DNA of 64,000 nucleotides from an uncultured virus (IMG/VR IMGVR_UViG_2636416135_000002). Its lineage: Duplodnaviria > Heunggongvirae > Uroviricota > Caudoviricetes. The stretch lies in IMG/VR virus record IMGVR_UViG_2636416135_000002; one strand, 5' to 3'. The first letter of the stretch is position 1. Every line of letters starts with the position of its first letter. Of this stretch, positions 39,991 through 48,817 are shown piece by piece. Position numbers and translations under genes: made by a program. The notes beneath the pieces are model-generated. The model saw only the letters and a program-made list of their open reading frames with translations. It ran no database searches and was not told where the DNA came from.

Positions 39991-40908
39991 GTGAATGAAA
40001 TGGGTGGAACAAAATATAAGCATTTCTATGGTAATCAGAGTGAGCAGTTCACATTCTATAAAGTTCCGAAGCAGTTGTTTGTAGACGAAGAGTTTCACAA
40101 TGTTTCAGCTGAAGCAAAGCTGCTGTATGGGATATTGCTTGATCGTATGAGCTTATCTTCTGCAAATGGTTGGCTTGATGAAGATGGAAAGGTATATATC
40201 ATCTTTACGATTGAAGAAATTAAAGCCAGCTTAGGTTGTGCAAGCAAGAAAGCAGTAAATCTATTAAATGAGCTTGAAAACAAATGTGGTTTAATCGACA
40301 GGATACGACAAGGACTTGGAAAACCGAATATTATTTATGTGAAGAACTTCTTGACTTGTGATGTGGATAACTATGTGGAAAGACAAATCTTGAATTGTCA
40401 AAATGACAATTCTGGTGATGTCAAAAGTACAATTCAAGAATGGTCAAAATCAAAATGTAATAATACTGATATAAATAAGACTGATATTAGTTATACTGAT
40501 CCTTCTTTCTTTCCGGAAAATCCCGAAAGGAAAGACGAAGCGAGCGATTATTACACGCAATCTTTAATCGGTCTTAAAGAAAAATTGGATTATGATAGCT
40601 TAGCAATAAGCTATAGACTTCACATCGGTATGCTTGATGAAATCTTTGAAATCTTGAACGATACCCTTACAAGCAGCTGCAAGATGATCCGAATCGGCAA
40701 AGATGATAAACCGGCAGAGTTGGTAAAAAGCAAATTAAGGAAGTTGGATTACAGTCATATCCAGTTTGTTATGGAATGTATGTTAGAGAATACGAGTAAG
40801 GTGCGTAACATCAGGCAATATCTGCTTACGACTTTGTATAACGCAACTCATACCATGGACAGCTATTACACGAGTTTAGTGAATCACGATATGTATGGTG
40901 ATTATTAA
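39991..40908 (+). CDS. repA: Replication initiator, RepA_N plus DUF6017-like C-terminus
   Basis: FYKVPKQLF, AKLLYGILLDRMSLS, RQGLGKPNIIYVK, NIRQYLLTTLYNA. Confidence 0.88.
   Translation: MNEMGGTKYKHFYGNQSEQFTFYKVPKQLFVDEEFHNVSAEAKLLYGILLDRMSLSSANGWLDEDGKVYIIFTIEEIKASLGCASKKAVNLLNELENKCGLIDRIRQGLGKPNIIYVKNFLTCDVDNYVERQILNCQNDNSGDVKSTIQEWSKSKCNNTDINKTDISYTDPSFFPENPERKDEASDYYTQSLIGLKEKLDYDSLAISYRLHIGMLDEIFEILNDTLTSSCKMIRIGKDDKPAELVKSKLRKLDYSHIQFVMECMLENTSKVRNIRQYLLTTLYNATHTMDSYYTSLVNHDMYGDY
40362..40456. other. Candidate oriV inside repA
   Basis: Perfect DnaA box (TGTGGATAA, 40362-70); GTCAAAA repeats at 40397, 40420 and 40443; inverted repeat at 40392-40412. Confidence 0.6.
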
Positions 40909-40928
40909 AACGAAAGGAGCGTGAACGA

Positions 40929-41756
40929 ATGAAAAACAATCCGACAGTGATCGCAGTAGTCAATCAAAAAGGTGGAACGGGAAAAACGACTACTTGCGAA
41001 AATCTAGGGATAGGAATTGCCTTAGAAGGTAAAAAAGTGCTGCTTATTGACACTGATCCGCAGGCAAGTTTAACAATCAGTTTGGGCTTTCCTAATCCTG
41101 ATGATTTATATCCTACGCTTTCAGACCTGCTGACGAAAGTGATTGAGGAGGAAACAATCACGCCAAAAGAAGGCGTTATTCATCACAAAGAAGGTGTGGA
41201 TTTGATACCGGCGAATATTGAGTTATCCGGTCTTGAGGTATCGATAGTAAATGCAATGAGCCGAGAAAAGATATTGAAGCAGTATGTAGATTCAGTAAAA
41301 AAAGAATACGACTATGTGTTGCTTGATTGTATGCCAAGCTTAGGTATGCTGACGATCAATGCCCTTGCGGCAGCTGATAATGTCTTGATTCCGGTACAGG
41401 CACAGTATCTTCCGGCAAAAGGTTTGGAGCAGCTGCTTCAGACAATCAATAAAGTCAGACGGCAGATCAATCCCAAATTAAGAATTGAGGGAGTGCTTTT
41501 GACGATGGTAGACAGCAGAACCAACTATGGAAAAGACATCAGCACATTGATTAGGGAAACCTATGGGGATAAACTAAAAGTTTTCAAGACGGATATTCCT
41601 CGTTCGGTTCGTGCAGAAGAAATCAGTGCAGAGGGAAAAAGCATATTTTCGCACGATCCCAAAGGAAAAGTATCGGAAGCCTATAAGATACTGACAAAGG
41701 AGGTGTTGAAAGATGGCGAAAAAAGGCGTAAACATCAGCTTGAAGGGGTACGATGA
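40929..41756 (+). CDS. parA: ParA/Soj ATPase
   Basis: NQKGGTGKTTT, DTDPQASLT, DCMPSLG. Confidence 0.95.
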   Translation: MKNNPTVIAVVNQKGGTGKTTTCENLGIGIALEGKKVLLIDTDPQASLTISLGFPNPDDLYPTLSDLLTKVIEEETITPKEGVIHHKEGVDLIPANIELSGLEVSIVNAMSREKILKQYVDSVKKEYDYVLLDCMPSLGMLTINALAAADNVLIPVQAQYLPAKGLEQLLQTINKVRRQINPKLRIEGVLLTMVDSRTNYGKDISTLIRETYGDKLKVFKTDIPRSVRAEEISAEGKSIFSHDPKGKVSEAYKILTKEVLKDGEKRRKHQLEGVR

Positions 41757-42639
41757 TATTTTCTCAACAGAAGAAACCCGTACCGATGAGAAGCTGGAAA
41801 AGGTGCAGAATATTCCTTTATCAGAGCTTCACCCATTCAAGAACCACCCGTTCAAAGTCATTGATGATGAATCTATGTTACGAACCGTAGAAAGCGTAGC
41901 ACAATATGGAGTGCTTGCACCGGCAATCGCACGACCAAGAGAGGAAGGTGGCTATGAGCTGATTTCCGGTCATAGACGACACCATGCTTCAGAATTAGCA
42001 GGCAGAGAAACTATGCCAGTTATCGTCAGAAATCTTGATGATGACGCTGCAACGATTTTGATGGTAGATTCCAATCTGCAAAGAGAAACGATACTGCCAA
42101 GCGAAAGAGCTTTTGCCTACAAGATGAAGTTAGAAGCGATAAAACATCAAGGAGCAAGAAGTGATTTAACTTCGTGCCAACTTGGCACGAAGTTGCGAAC
42201 AGATGAAATGCTGGCAAAAGATAGCGGAGATAGTGCCAGACAAGTTCAACGATATATTCGATTGACGGAGCTGATACCGGAGCTTCTATCTATGGTCGAT
42301 GAAAAGAAAATATCATTCAATCCTGCTGTGGAGCTTTCGTATCTGACGAAAGAAGAACAACAGGATTTTTTAGAAGCCATGGATATGGAGCAGAACACTC
42401 CGTCCTTGTCCCAAGCTCAGCGATTGAAGAAGCTCAGCCAAGAAGGAAACTGCACATTGGAAGCAATGGCAGAAATCATGGCAGAAGTAAAGAAAGATGA
42501 GCTTGATAAGGTTACGATCAAAAATGATGTGCTGAAGAAATATTTCCCGAAGTCCTATACGCCAAAACAAATGCAAGATATTATCATCAAGCTTTTGGAA
42601 GGCTGGCATAAAAAACGAACAAGAGATATGGAGAGGTAG
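41713..42639 (+). CDS. parB: ParB/Spo0J-family protein
   Basis: YELISGHRR, DSNLQRE, HTH SARQVQRYIRL. Confidence 0.93.
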   Translation: MAKKGVNISLKGYDDIFSTEETRTDEKLEKVQNIPLSELHPFKNHPFKVIDDESMLRTVESVAQYGVLAPAIARPREEGGYELISGHRRHHASELAGRETMPVIVRNLDDDAATILMVDSNLQRETILPSERAFAYKMKLEAIKHQGARSDLTSCQLGTKLRTDEMLAKDSGDSARQVQRYIRLTELIPELLSMVDEKKISFNPAVELSYLTKEEQQDFLEAMDMEQNTPSLSQAQRLKKLSQEGNCTLEAMAEIMAEVKKDELDKVTIKNDVLKKYFPKSYTPKQMQDIIIKLLEGWHKKRTRDMER

Positions 42640-42646
42640 ATAAAAT

Positions 42647-43162
42647 ATGTTCAAAGAAAAGAAAATGATAAAGGCAATGAAATGGCTGTTTAGCTTGTAT
42701 TCTATTGATGATTTTGATGGGTATGACGAAGAAGCTTATGGAGAAGATTTCGGACTTTGCTTACCAGAAGTCGTACTGGCGTTAAGGAACAATGCCCAGA
42801 TCGTCCATGAATATGAGGTTGACGGCAGTATCGAGTTTGCTTTCAAGTACAAGGGCAAGGAGCTGTTTGGTCAACGAGCAATCAAGATCTGTTCCGAGAT
42901 GGAAGTAGGGGCAAGCAGCAATCAGACTGATGTCAGCTATCATACGGAGCTATGGTTATTGGAGGATATGAGTTTTGCGATAACGCACTGTATTGAGATG
43001 AGCCATGATGATGGTATCGTCTATGAAAGTAGATACCGTACCTTTGTTCAAAAAGTAAAAGGCAGAGAGGACTTGTTCTTCGCACCGGAAAAACTGATTG
43101 ATACCTTGGAAGAGTTATGTGTCCCGATATGGGAAAGCGAAGCGACGATTTATGAGCTGTAA
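42647..43162 (+). CDS. Hypothetical protein
   Basis: 171 aa acidic ORF with GGAGAGG RBS. Confidence 0.7.
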   Translation: MFKEKKMIKAMKWLFSLYSIDDFDGYDEEAYGEDFGLCLPEVVLALRNNAQIVHEYEVDGSIEFAFKYKGKELFGQRAIKICSEMEVGASSNQTDVSYHTELWLLEDMSFAITHCIEMSHDDGIVYESRYRTFVQKVKGREDLFFAPEKLIDTLEELCVPIWESEATIYEL

Positions 43163-43204
43163 GGTTTGTAGATGGTCGCTTTTATATTTGAACGGAGGTC
43201 AGCG

Positions 43205-43834
43205 ATGAAAGAGTATGAAGTGAAGATAACGGAAACATTGGAAAAGACAGTAACGGTTCAAGCAGCGAGTCGAGCTGAAGCAGAAGAAAAAGTGGAGGAA
43301 GCTTGGAACAATTCGGAGTATATCTTGGATAGTGAGAATTTTGTTGGAGCTAAGTTTACAACGGAAAGCGAAAGAGCTTTGGAAAACAGTCTGATTGATG
43401 TTCTGCTTGTAGAGCCGGGGCAGTATCCAAAACAAATCAAGATCGGAAGCGACCTTGATGATTTAAGAGAAGCAGTCGATGGCGACATTGAATGTACCTA
43501 CCCTTTTGAAGATGAAGTAGGAATTATTTTGAATGAATGTGGAAAACTGCTGGGACTTCCGCTGAATCGTGCAATGCGTACCGATGATGGAGAGGTCTAT
43601 GACATCTATGCAGGATCATTTCTTGTTGTAGGTTTGACGGAAGATAATTTCGGTTCGCTTTCACCGGAACTGATGGAAAAGTTTGAAGCAAAGTTTCATC
43701 AGCCGGAAATGTTCGTAAAGTTGGGGAAAGGCATGATGGTACTTCCGATACCGGAAGAATCAATGAAAGCTAGAGATCAAAATAAAGGAATTGAGCCAAA
43801 GATAAAGAAATCCCCGGAAGTTGGGGATATGTAA
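43205..43834 (+). CDS. DpnD/PcfM-like plus DUF3846-like fusion protein
   Basis: YEVKITETLEKTVTVQA; VLLVEPG...NECGKLLGLPLNRA...YAGSFLVVG. Confidence 0.7.
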   Translation: MKEYEVKITETLEKTVTVQAASRAEAEEKVEEAWNNSEYILDSENFVGAKFTTESERALENSLIDVLLVEPGQYPKQIKIGSDLDDLREAVDGDIECTYPFEDEVGIILNECGKLLGLPLNRAMRTDDGEVYDIYAGSFLVVGLTEDNFGSLSPELMEKFEAKFHQPEMFVKLGKGMMVLPIPEESMKARDQNKGIEPKIKKSPEVGDM

Positions 43835-43849
43835 AGGAGGAAAAATAGT

Positions 43850-44197
43850 ATGGCAAGACCGTTAGCATATATCACAGCAGTTTGGAGCGATGAACCGCAT
43901 GAAGCAAAAGAAGAAGCATTAAGATTTTCAAGACAGGTGTATGACGCAGGCTATTCACCTATCTGCCCTATACTGATGTATATGGGATTATTAAAAGACA
44001 ATATTCCAAAAGAATTCAAGGACAAACAGGATATGTCCCTTGAGCTGCTTAGAAGATGTCGAATCTTGGTTGTATGTGGAAATGATACCGATGAAGCTAT
44101 GAAAACGGATATTGCAATGGCAAAGAAATACCATATTGCAGCCACAACGCTGGAGGGTATATTGACGGTCGAGGGAAAGAACAAAAAGAAATCTTAA
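43850..44197 (+). CDS. DUF4406-like ICE protein
   Basis: PLAYITA, GYSPICP, LRRCRILVVCG. Confidence 0.65.
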   Translation: MARPLAYITAVWSDEPHEAKEEALRFSRQVYDAGYSPICPILMYMGLLKDNIPKEFKDKQDMSLELLRRCRILVVCGNDTDEAMKTDIAMAKKYHIAATTLEGILTVEGKNKKKS

Positions 44198-44229
44198 ATG
44201 TGATTAGCTTATGGAAGGGGTGATGAACC

Positions 44230-44709
44230 ATGCAGGAAGAAGTTGAAAACAGGGCGTTCAATCTCGCTATCAGCACTTCCAAGCTGACTGCACGAACATT
44301 AGCAAGAGCCTTTCAGATGTATCTAAGACATCGAAGGGAGCAGAAGTTTCAAAAAGGTGCAAAGACCAATATTGAGAAGAAATCCGTTGCGAGCCTATTG
44401 AAGGACAGCAAAAAGCTGATGAACATGGAAATATCGGAAACGGATATAGCCGGATTTGAAAAATATGCCAAGAAGTATCGTGTTGATTATGAAATCAAGA
44501 TGGACGATAGCGTAACGCCACCGAAGTATCTTGTGTTCTTTAAGGCTGATGACGGAAAGGATATGACGAAAGCGTTCAAAGCATATTTGGCTTCTGTCAT
44601 GCAGAAAGAAAAGAAGCCAAGCGTATTGAAGCAGTTGTCGAAATTTAAGGAAAAAGTGAGAGCTATGCCGAAAAAGGATCGCAATAAGGATAAGGAGCAT
44701 AGCCTATGA
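44230..44709 (+). CDS. PcfB-family (DUF3801) protein
   Basis: MQEEVENR, AKKYRVDY, YLVFFKA, KPSVLKQL. Confidence 0.85.
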   Translation: MQEEVENRAFNLAISTSKLTARTLARAFQMYLRHRREQKFQKGAKTNIEKKSVASLLKDSKKLMNMEISETDIAGFEKYAKKYRVDYEIKMDDSVTPPKYLVFFKADDGKDMTKAFKAYLASVMQKEKKPSVLKQLSKFKEKVRAMPKKDRNKDKEHSL

Positions 44710-46472
44710 AGATGACAAAGAATGAACTGAAAAGGTTAATTATTTTAAATATCCCATATCTTGTCATCGGACTTGTGGCAACGAATATCGGAGAAGCATG
44801 GCGATTGGCAACCGGGATTGATTCATCTGAAAAGTTACTGTCGTTTATCACGACGCTTGGAACAGCGTTTCAAAATCCATTACCGTCGCTTAATCCGTTG
44901 GATTTATTGATTGGTTTATGTGTTGGTGCGGCAATCAGAACAGCAGTCTATCTTAAAGGCAAAAATGCCAAGAAGTTTCGTCATAAGGTGGAATATGGTT
45001 CTGCAAGATGGGGTACAGCAAAAGACATCGAGCCATTTGTTGCTCCAGACTTTAAGGACAATATCATATTGACCAAGACGGAAAAACTGATGATGAGTAA
45101 CCGACCGAAAGAGCCGAAGAATGCCAGAAACAAGAATGTGCTGATTGTAGGTGGTTCCGGTTCCGGCAAGACAAGATTTTGGATCAAGCCGAATCTTTTG
45201 CAGATGCATTCAAGTTATGTTGTTACTGATCCAAAAGGAAGTATCGTCATCGAGTGCGGCAATGCCCTTTTGAAGAACCACTATAAGATTAAAATTTTCA
45301 ATACGATCAATTTCAAGAAGTCTATGCACTACAATCCCTTTGCCTATATCCATTCTGAAAAGGATATTTTGAAGCTCGTAACGACGCTGATTACCAACAC
45401 AAAAGGAGATGGCAAAGCCGGTGATGAATTTTGGACGAAAGCGGAAACGCTTCTTTACTGTGCTTTGATCGGATATATCCATTATGAAGCACCGATTGAG
45501 GAACAGAACTTCTCTACTTTGATTGAATTTATCAATGCGATGGAAGTAAGAGAAGATGATGAGGATTTTCAAAATCCTGTGGATCTGATGTTTGAAGCAT
45601 TGGAAAAAGCAAACCCGAACCACTTTGCAGTAAGGCAGTATAAAAAATTCAAATTAGCCGCTGGCAAGACTTCAAAATCGATCCTTATTTCATGCGGAGC
45701 AAGGCTTGCACCGTTTGACATTGAAGAACTTAGAGAGATAACTGCTTATGATGAACTGGAACTAGATACCCTTGGAGATAGGAAAACAGCATTGTTTTTG
45801 ATTATGTCCGATACTGACGGAACCTTTAACTTTCTGATTTCCATGATCTATACGCAGCTTTTCAATCTGCTGTGCGAAAAAGCTGATGATGTGTATGGCG
45901 GAAGACTTCCTGTTCATGTGAGGTGCTTGATTGATGAAGCTGCTAACATCGGTCAGATACCCAATTTGGAAAAATTAGTAGCAACGATCCGAAGTCGTGA
46001 AATTTCAGCCTGCTTGGTACTTCAGGCACAGTCGCAGCTGAAGGCAATCTATAAAGACAATGCTGACACGATTATCGGAAATATGGATTCAAGAATATTC
46101 CTAGGCGGAGCTGAGCCGACAACACTAAAGGAACTTAACCAAGCTCTGGGCAAGGAAACGATCGACACCTACAACACATCGGATACCAGAGGAAACAGTC
46201 CGTCATACGGAACAAATTATCAAAAGCTCGGCAAGGATCTGATGACGGTTGATGAGCTGTCGGTACTGGACGGTTCCAAGTGTATTTTGCAGCTTAGGGG
46301 CGTCAGACCGTTTCTATCGGATAAGTATGATCTGACGCAGCACCCGAACTACAAGCTCACATCGGACTACGACAAGAAGAACACATTTGATATCGAGAAG
46401 TTCTTGAACCGAAAACTAAAACTGAATCAAGATGATGTCTATGAAGTCATAGAGATCGATAAAGAAACCTAA
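44706..46472 (+). CDS. virD4: VirD4/TraG-like type IV coupling protein
   Basis: EYGSARWG, GGSGSGKTRF, VTDPKG, LIDEAANIG. Confidence 0.95.
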   Translation: MKMTKNELKRLIILNIPYLVIGLVATNIGEAWRLATGIDSSEKLLSFITTLGTAFQNPLPSLNPLDLLIGLCVGAAIRTAVYLKGKNAKKFRHKVEYGSARWGTAKDIEPFVAPDFKDNIILTKTEKLMMSNRPKEPKNARNKNVLIVGGSGSGKTRFWIKPNLLQMHSSYVVTDPKGSIVIECGNALLKNHYKIKIFNTINFKKSMHYNPFAYIHSEKDILKLVTTLITNTKGDGKAGDEFWTKAETLLYCALIGYIHYEAPIEEQNFSTLIEFINAMEVREDDEDFQNPVDLMFEALEKANPNHFAVRQYKKFKLAAGKTSKSILISCGARLAPFDIEELREITAYDELELDTLGDRKTALFLIMSDTDGTFNFLISMIYTQLFNLLCEKADDVYGGRLPVHVRCLIDEAANIGQIPNLEKLVATIRSREISACLVLQAQSQLKAIYKDNADTIIGNMDSRIFLGGAEPTTLKELNQALGKETIDTYNTSDTRGNSPSYGTNYQKLGKDLMTVDELSVLDGSKCILQLRGVRPFLSDKYDLTQHPNYKLTSDYDKKNTFDIEKFLNRKLKLNQDDVYEVIEIDKET

Positions 46473-46636
46473 ATCTATCCTCTGCCGGTGCAGAAAAACG
46501 ATAGGTTTATTTTTATGCCTGAATGCTCTGCACAGGACAAGCTGACATGGCAAATGAAGTGAAAAGAAAGGTCGAAAGGTGCAGGCATAGGCGAACACAC
46601 AAAAAACAAAAGTTAAAAATATGGAGGAAATGAATC

Positions 46637-46849
46637 ATGGAATTTTTTAACAGTGCAGTAGATGTATTACAGACTTTGGTAGTGGCTCTTGGAGCAGGAC
46701 TTGGCGTATGGGGAGCAATCAACTTGCTTGAAGGCTACGGTAACGACAATCCGGGTGCGAAATCGCAGGGAATGAAGCAGCTTATGGCTGGTGGCGGAGT
46801 TGCTCTTATCGGTATCACTCTTATTCCGCTTCTTTCTGGATTGTTCTAA
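46637..46849 (+). CDS. Maff2-family membrane protein
   Basis: LEGYGNDNPGAKSQGMKQLMAGGG. Confidence 0.9.
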   Translation: MEFFNSAVDVLQTLVVALGAGLGVWGAINLLEGYGNDNPGAKSQGMKQLMAGGGVALIGITLIPLLSGLF

Positions 46850-46867
46850 GAGATGGAGGGCTAGCAT

Positions 46868-47734
46868 TTGGAAGGCATACTCGAACAGATAACCAATTGG
46901 TTGAAGGAAATGCTCGTTGGCGGCATTATGGATAATCTGTCGGGGATGTTTGATTCTGTCAACCAGCAGGTTGGCGAAATTGCGGTAGAAGTGGGAATGA
47001 CTCCGGAAGTTTTTTCACCCGGAGTCTTTTCCATGATTCGTAATGTATCCGAATCAGTCATTATCCCGATTGCAGGATTGATTTTGACTTTTATCGCCTG
47101 TTACGAGCTGATACAGATGATTATCGATCACAATAATCTCAACAATTTTGAAACATGGATCTTTTTCAAGTGGATCTTCAAGACCTTTGTTGCTGTCATG
47201 CTGATAACCAACACTTTCAATATCACGATGGCTGTCTTTGATATAGCAAATCATGTGATAGAAGCAAGCGGAGGCATTATTTCCGGCGATACAGCGATAG
47301 ATCCGGGAATGCTGGACGCTCTTGAAGAAACGCTGATGGAAATGGATGTCGGACCGCTTCTTGGTCTGTTCCTTCAGTCGCTGATCGTGCAGATTACGAT
47401 GTCGGTGCTGTCGATTGTGATTTTTATCATCGTCTATGGAAGAATGATTGAGATCTATTTAATGACGAGCTTGGCTCCTATTCCGTTATCGACATTCGGA
47501 AACAGAGAACAAAGCCAAGTCGGACAGAACTATCTGAGGTCGCTGTTTGCATTAGGTTTTCAAGGCTTCTTGATCATGATATGCGTCGGTATCTATGCGG
47601 TACTGATCAGTGAGCTGGCATTAAGCGATGACATCATCATGTCGATATGGGGAATCATGGGTTACACCATTCTGCTTTGCTTTACGCTGTTCAAGACAGG
47701 AAGCTTGGCAAAGAGCGTATTCAATGCCCATTAA
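46868..47734 (+). CDS. VirB6-like conjugal transfer membrane protein
   Basis: Multi-pass; YGRMIEIYL...APIPL, NYLRSLFALGFQGFLI. Confidence 0.88.
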   Translation: MEGILEQITNWLKEMLVGGIMDNLSGMFDSVNQQVGEIAVEVGMTPEVFSPGVFSMIRNVSESVIIPIAGLILTFIACYELIQMIIDHNNLNNFETWIFFKWIFKTFVAVMLITNTFNITMAVFDIANHVIEASGGIISGDTAIDPGMLDALEETLMEMDVGPLLGLFLQSLIVQITMSVLSIVIFIIVYGRMIEIYLMTSLAPIPLSTFGNREQSQVGQNYLRSLFALGFQGFLIMICVGIYAVLISELALSDDIIMSIWGIMGYTILLCFTLFKTGSLAKSVFNAH

Positions 47735-47745
47735 GGAGGTCGCAG

Positions 47746-48306
47746 ATGAAGAAATACAATGTAATCTATGTCGATCCCCCTTGGAGCTATCGTGTATGGA
47801 GCGACAAAGGAAAAGGACGCTCTGCGGAAAGCCATTATTCGACGATGAGTATTGAGGATATCAAGAAGCTGCCCATAGGAAAACTGGCAGATAAGGATTG
47901 TGCTTTGTTTATGTGGATCACATTCCCTTTGCTTGAAGAAATGGGCGAAGTATTGAAGGCTTGGGGATTCAAATACAAGACGGTGGCTTTCGTATGGATC
48001 AAGCAGAACAAGAAATCGGATTCTTTGTTCTGGGGAATGGGTTATTGGACAAGAGCCAATGCAGAGATCTGTATCTTGGCGACAAAAGGAAGTCCGAAAC
48101 GATGTTCCAAAGGGATTCATCAAGTCATCGTTTCCCATATTGAAAGGCACAGCAAAAAACCGGAAGAAGCAAGAAAGCGTATAGAGAAGCTGATGGGCGA
48201 TGTTCCTAAGATTGAACTGTTTGCAAGAGAAAAAGCAGAGGATTGGGATACTTGGGGAAATGAAGCACCTGATGGCATATCTATACCGGAATTGGAGGTG
48301 GTCTAA
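47746..48306 (+). CDS. MT-A70-family adenine methyltransferase
   Basis: YVDPPW, GMGYWTRANAE, HSKKP, IELFAR; ATG 47746 after AAGGAGG. Confidence 0.9.
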   Translation: MKKYNVIYVDPPWSYRVWSDKGKGRSAESHYSTMSIEDIKKLPIGKLADKDCALFMWITFPLLEEMGEVLKAWGFKYKTVAFVWIKQNKKSDSLFWGMGYWTRANAEICILATKGSPKRCSKGIHQVIVSHIERHSKKPEEARKRIEKLMGDVPKIELFAREKAEDWDTWGNEAPDGISIPELEVV

Positions 48307-48756
48307 ATGGCAGCGTATGTACCGGTTCCTCGTGATCTGACACGAGTGAAATCGAAGATATTTTTTAATTTGACGAAAAGGCAGCTGCTTTGTTTTGGTG
48401 CAGCGGCACTGATTGGCTTGCCGGTATTCTTTCTGCTACGAATGAGTGGCAATGTGAGCTTGGCAGTCATCGGCATGATGATCGTCATGCTTCCGCTGTT
48501 CTTTCTTGCAATGTATGAAAAAGACGGACAGCCGCTTGAAGTCATAGCGAAGCATTTTATCGAAAGCAGATTTATTCGTCCGAAGGAAAGACCTTATAGG
48601 ACGGACAACTATTATGCGGCATTGATGAGGCAGTGCCAGCTAGAGAAGGAGGTAGAGGCGATTATTTTCAATTCTCAAAAAGAAAAAATCGGCAGACATC
48701 AATCTGCCAAGCAATCTGACAAAAAAACAAGAAAAAGAAATCAGGAAGCTGATTGA
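48307..48756 (+). CDS. PrgI-family protein
   Basis: VPVPRDL...LTKRQLLCF, two hydrophobic helices. Confidence 0.9.
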   Translation: MAAYVPVPRDLTRVKSKIFFNLTKRQLLCFGAAALIGLPVFFLLRMSGNVSLAVIGMMIVMLPLFFLAMYEKDGQPLEVIAKHFIESRFIRPKERPYRTDNYYAALMRQCQLEKEVEAIIFNSQKEKIGRHQSAKQSDKKTRKRNQEAD

Positions 48757-48817
48757 AAATGCCAAGAGATATGACGGGATTCCAAGAACTGCACAGCAGT
48801 CGATTCCTTTTCAGAGA

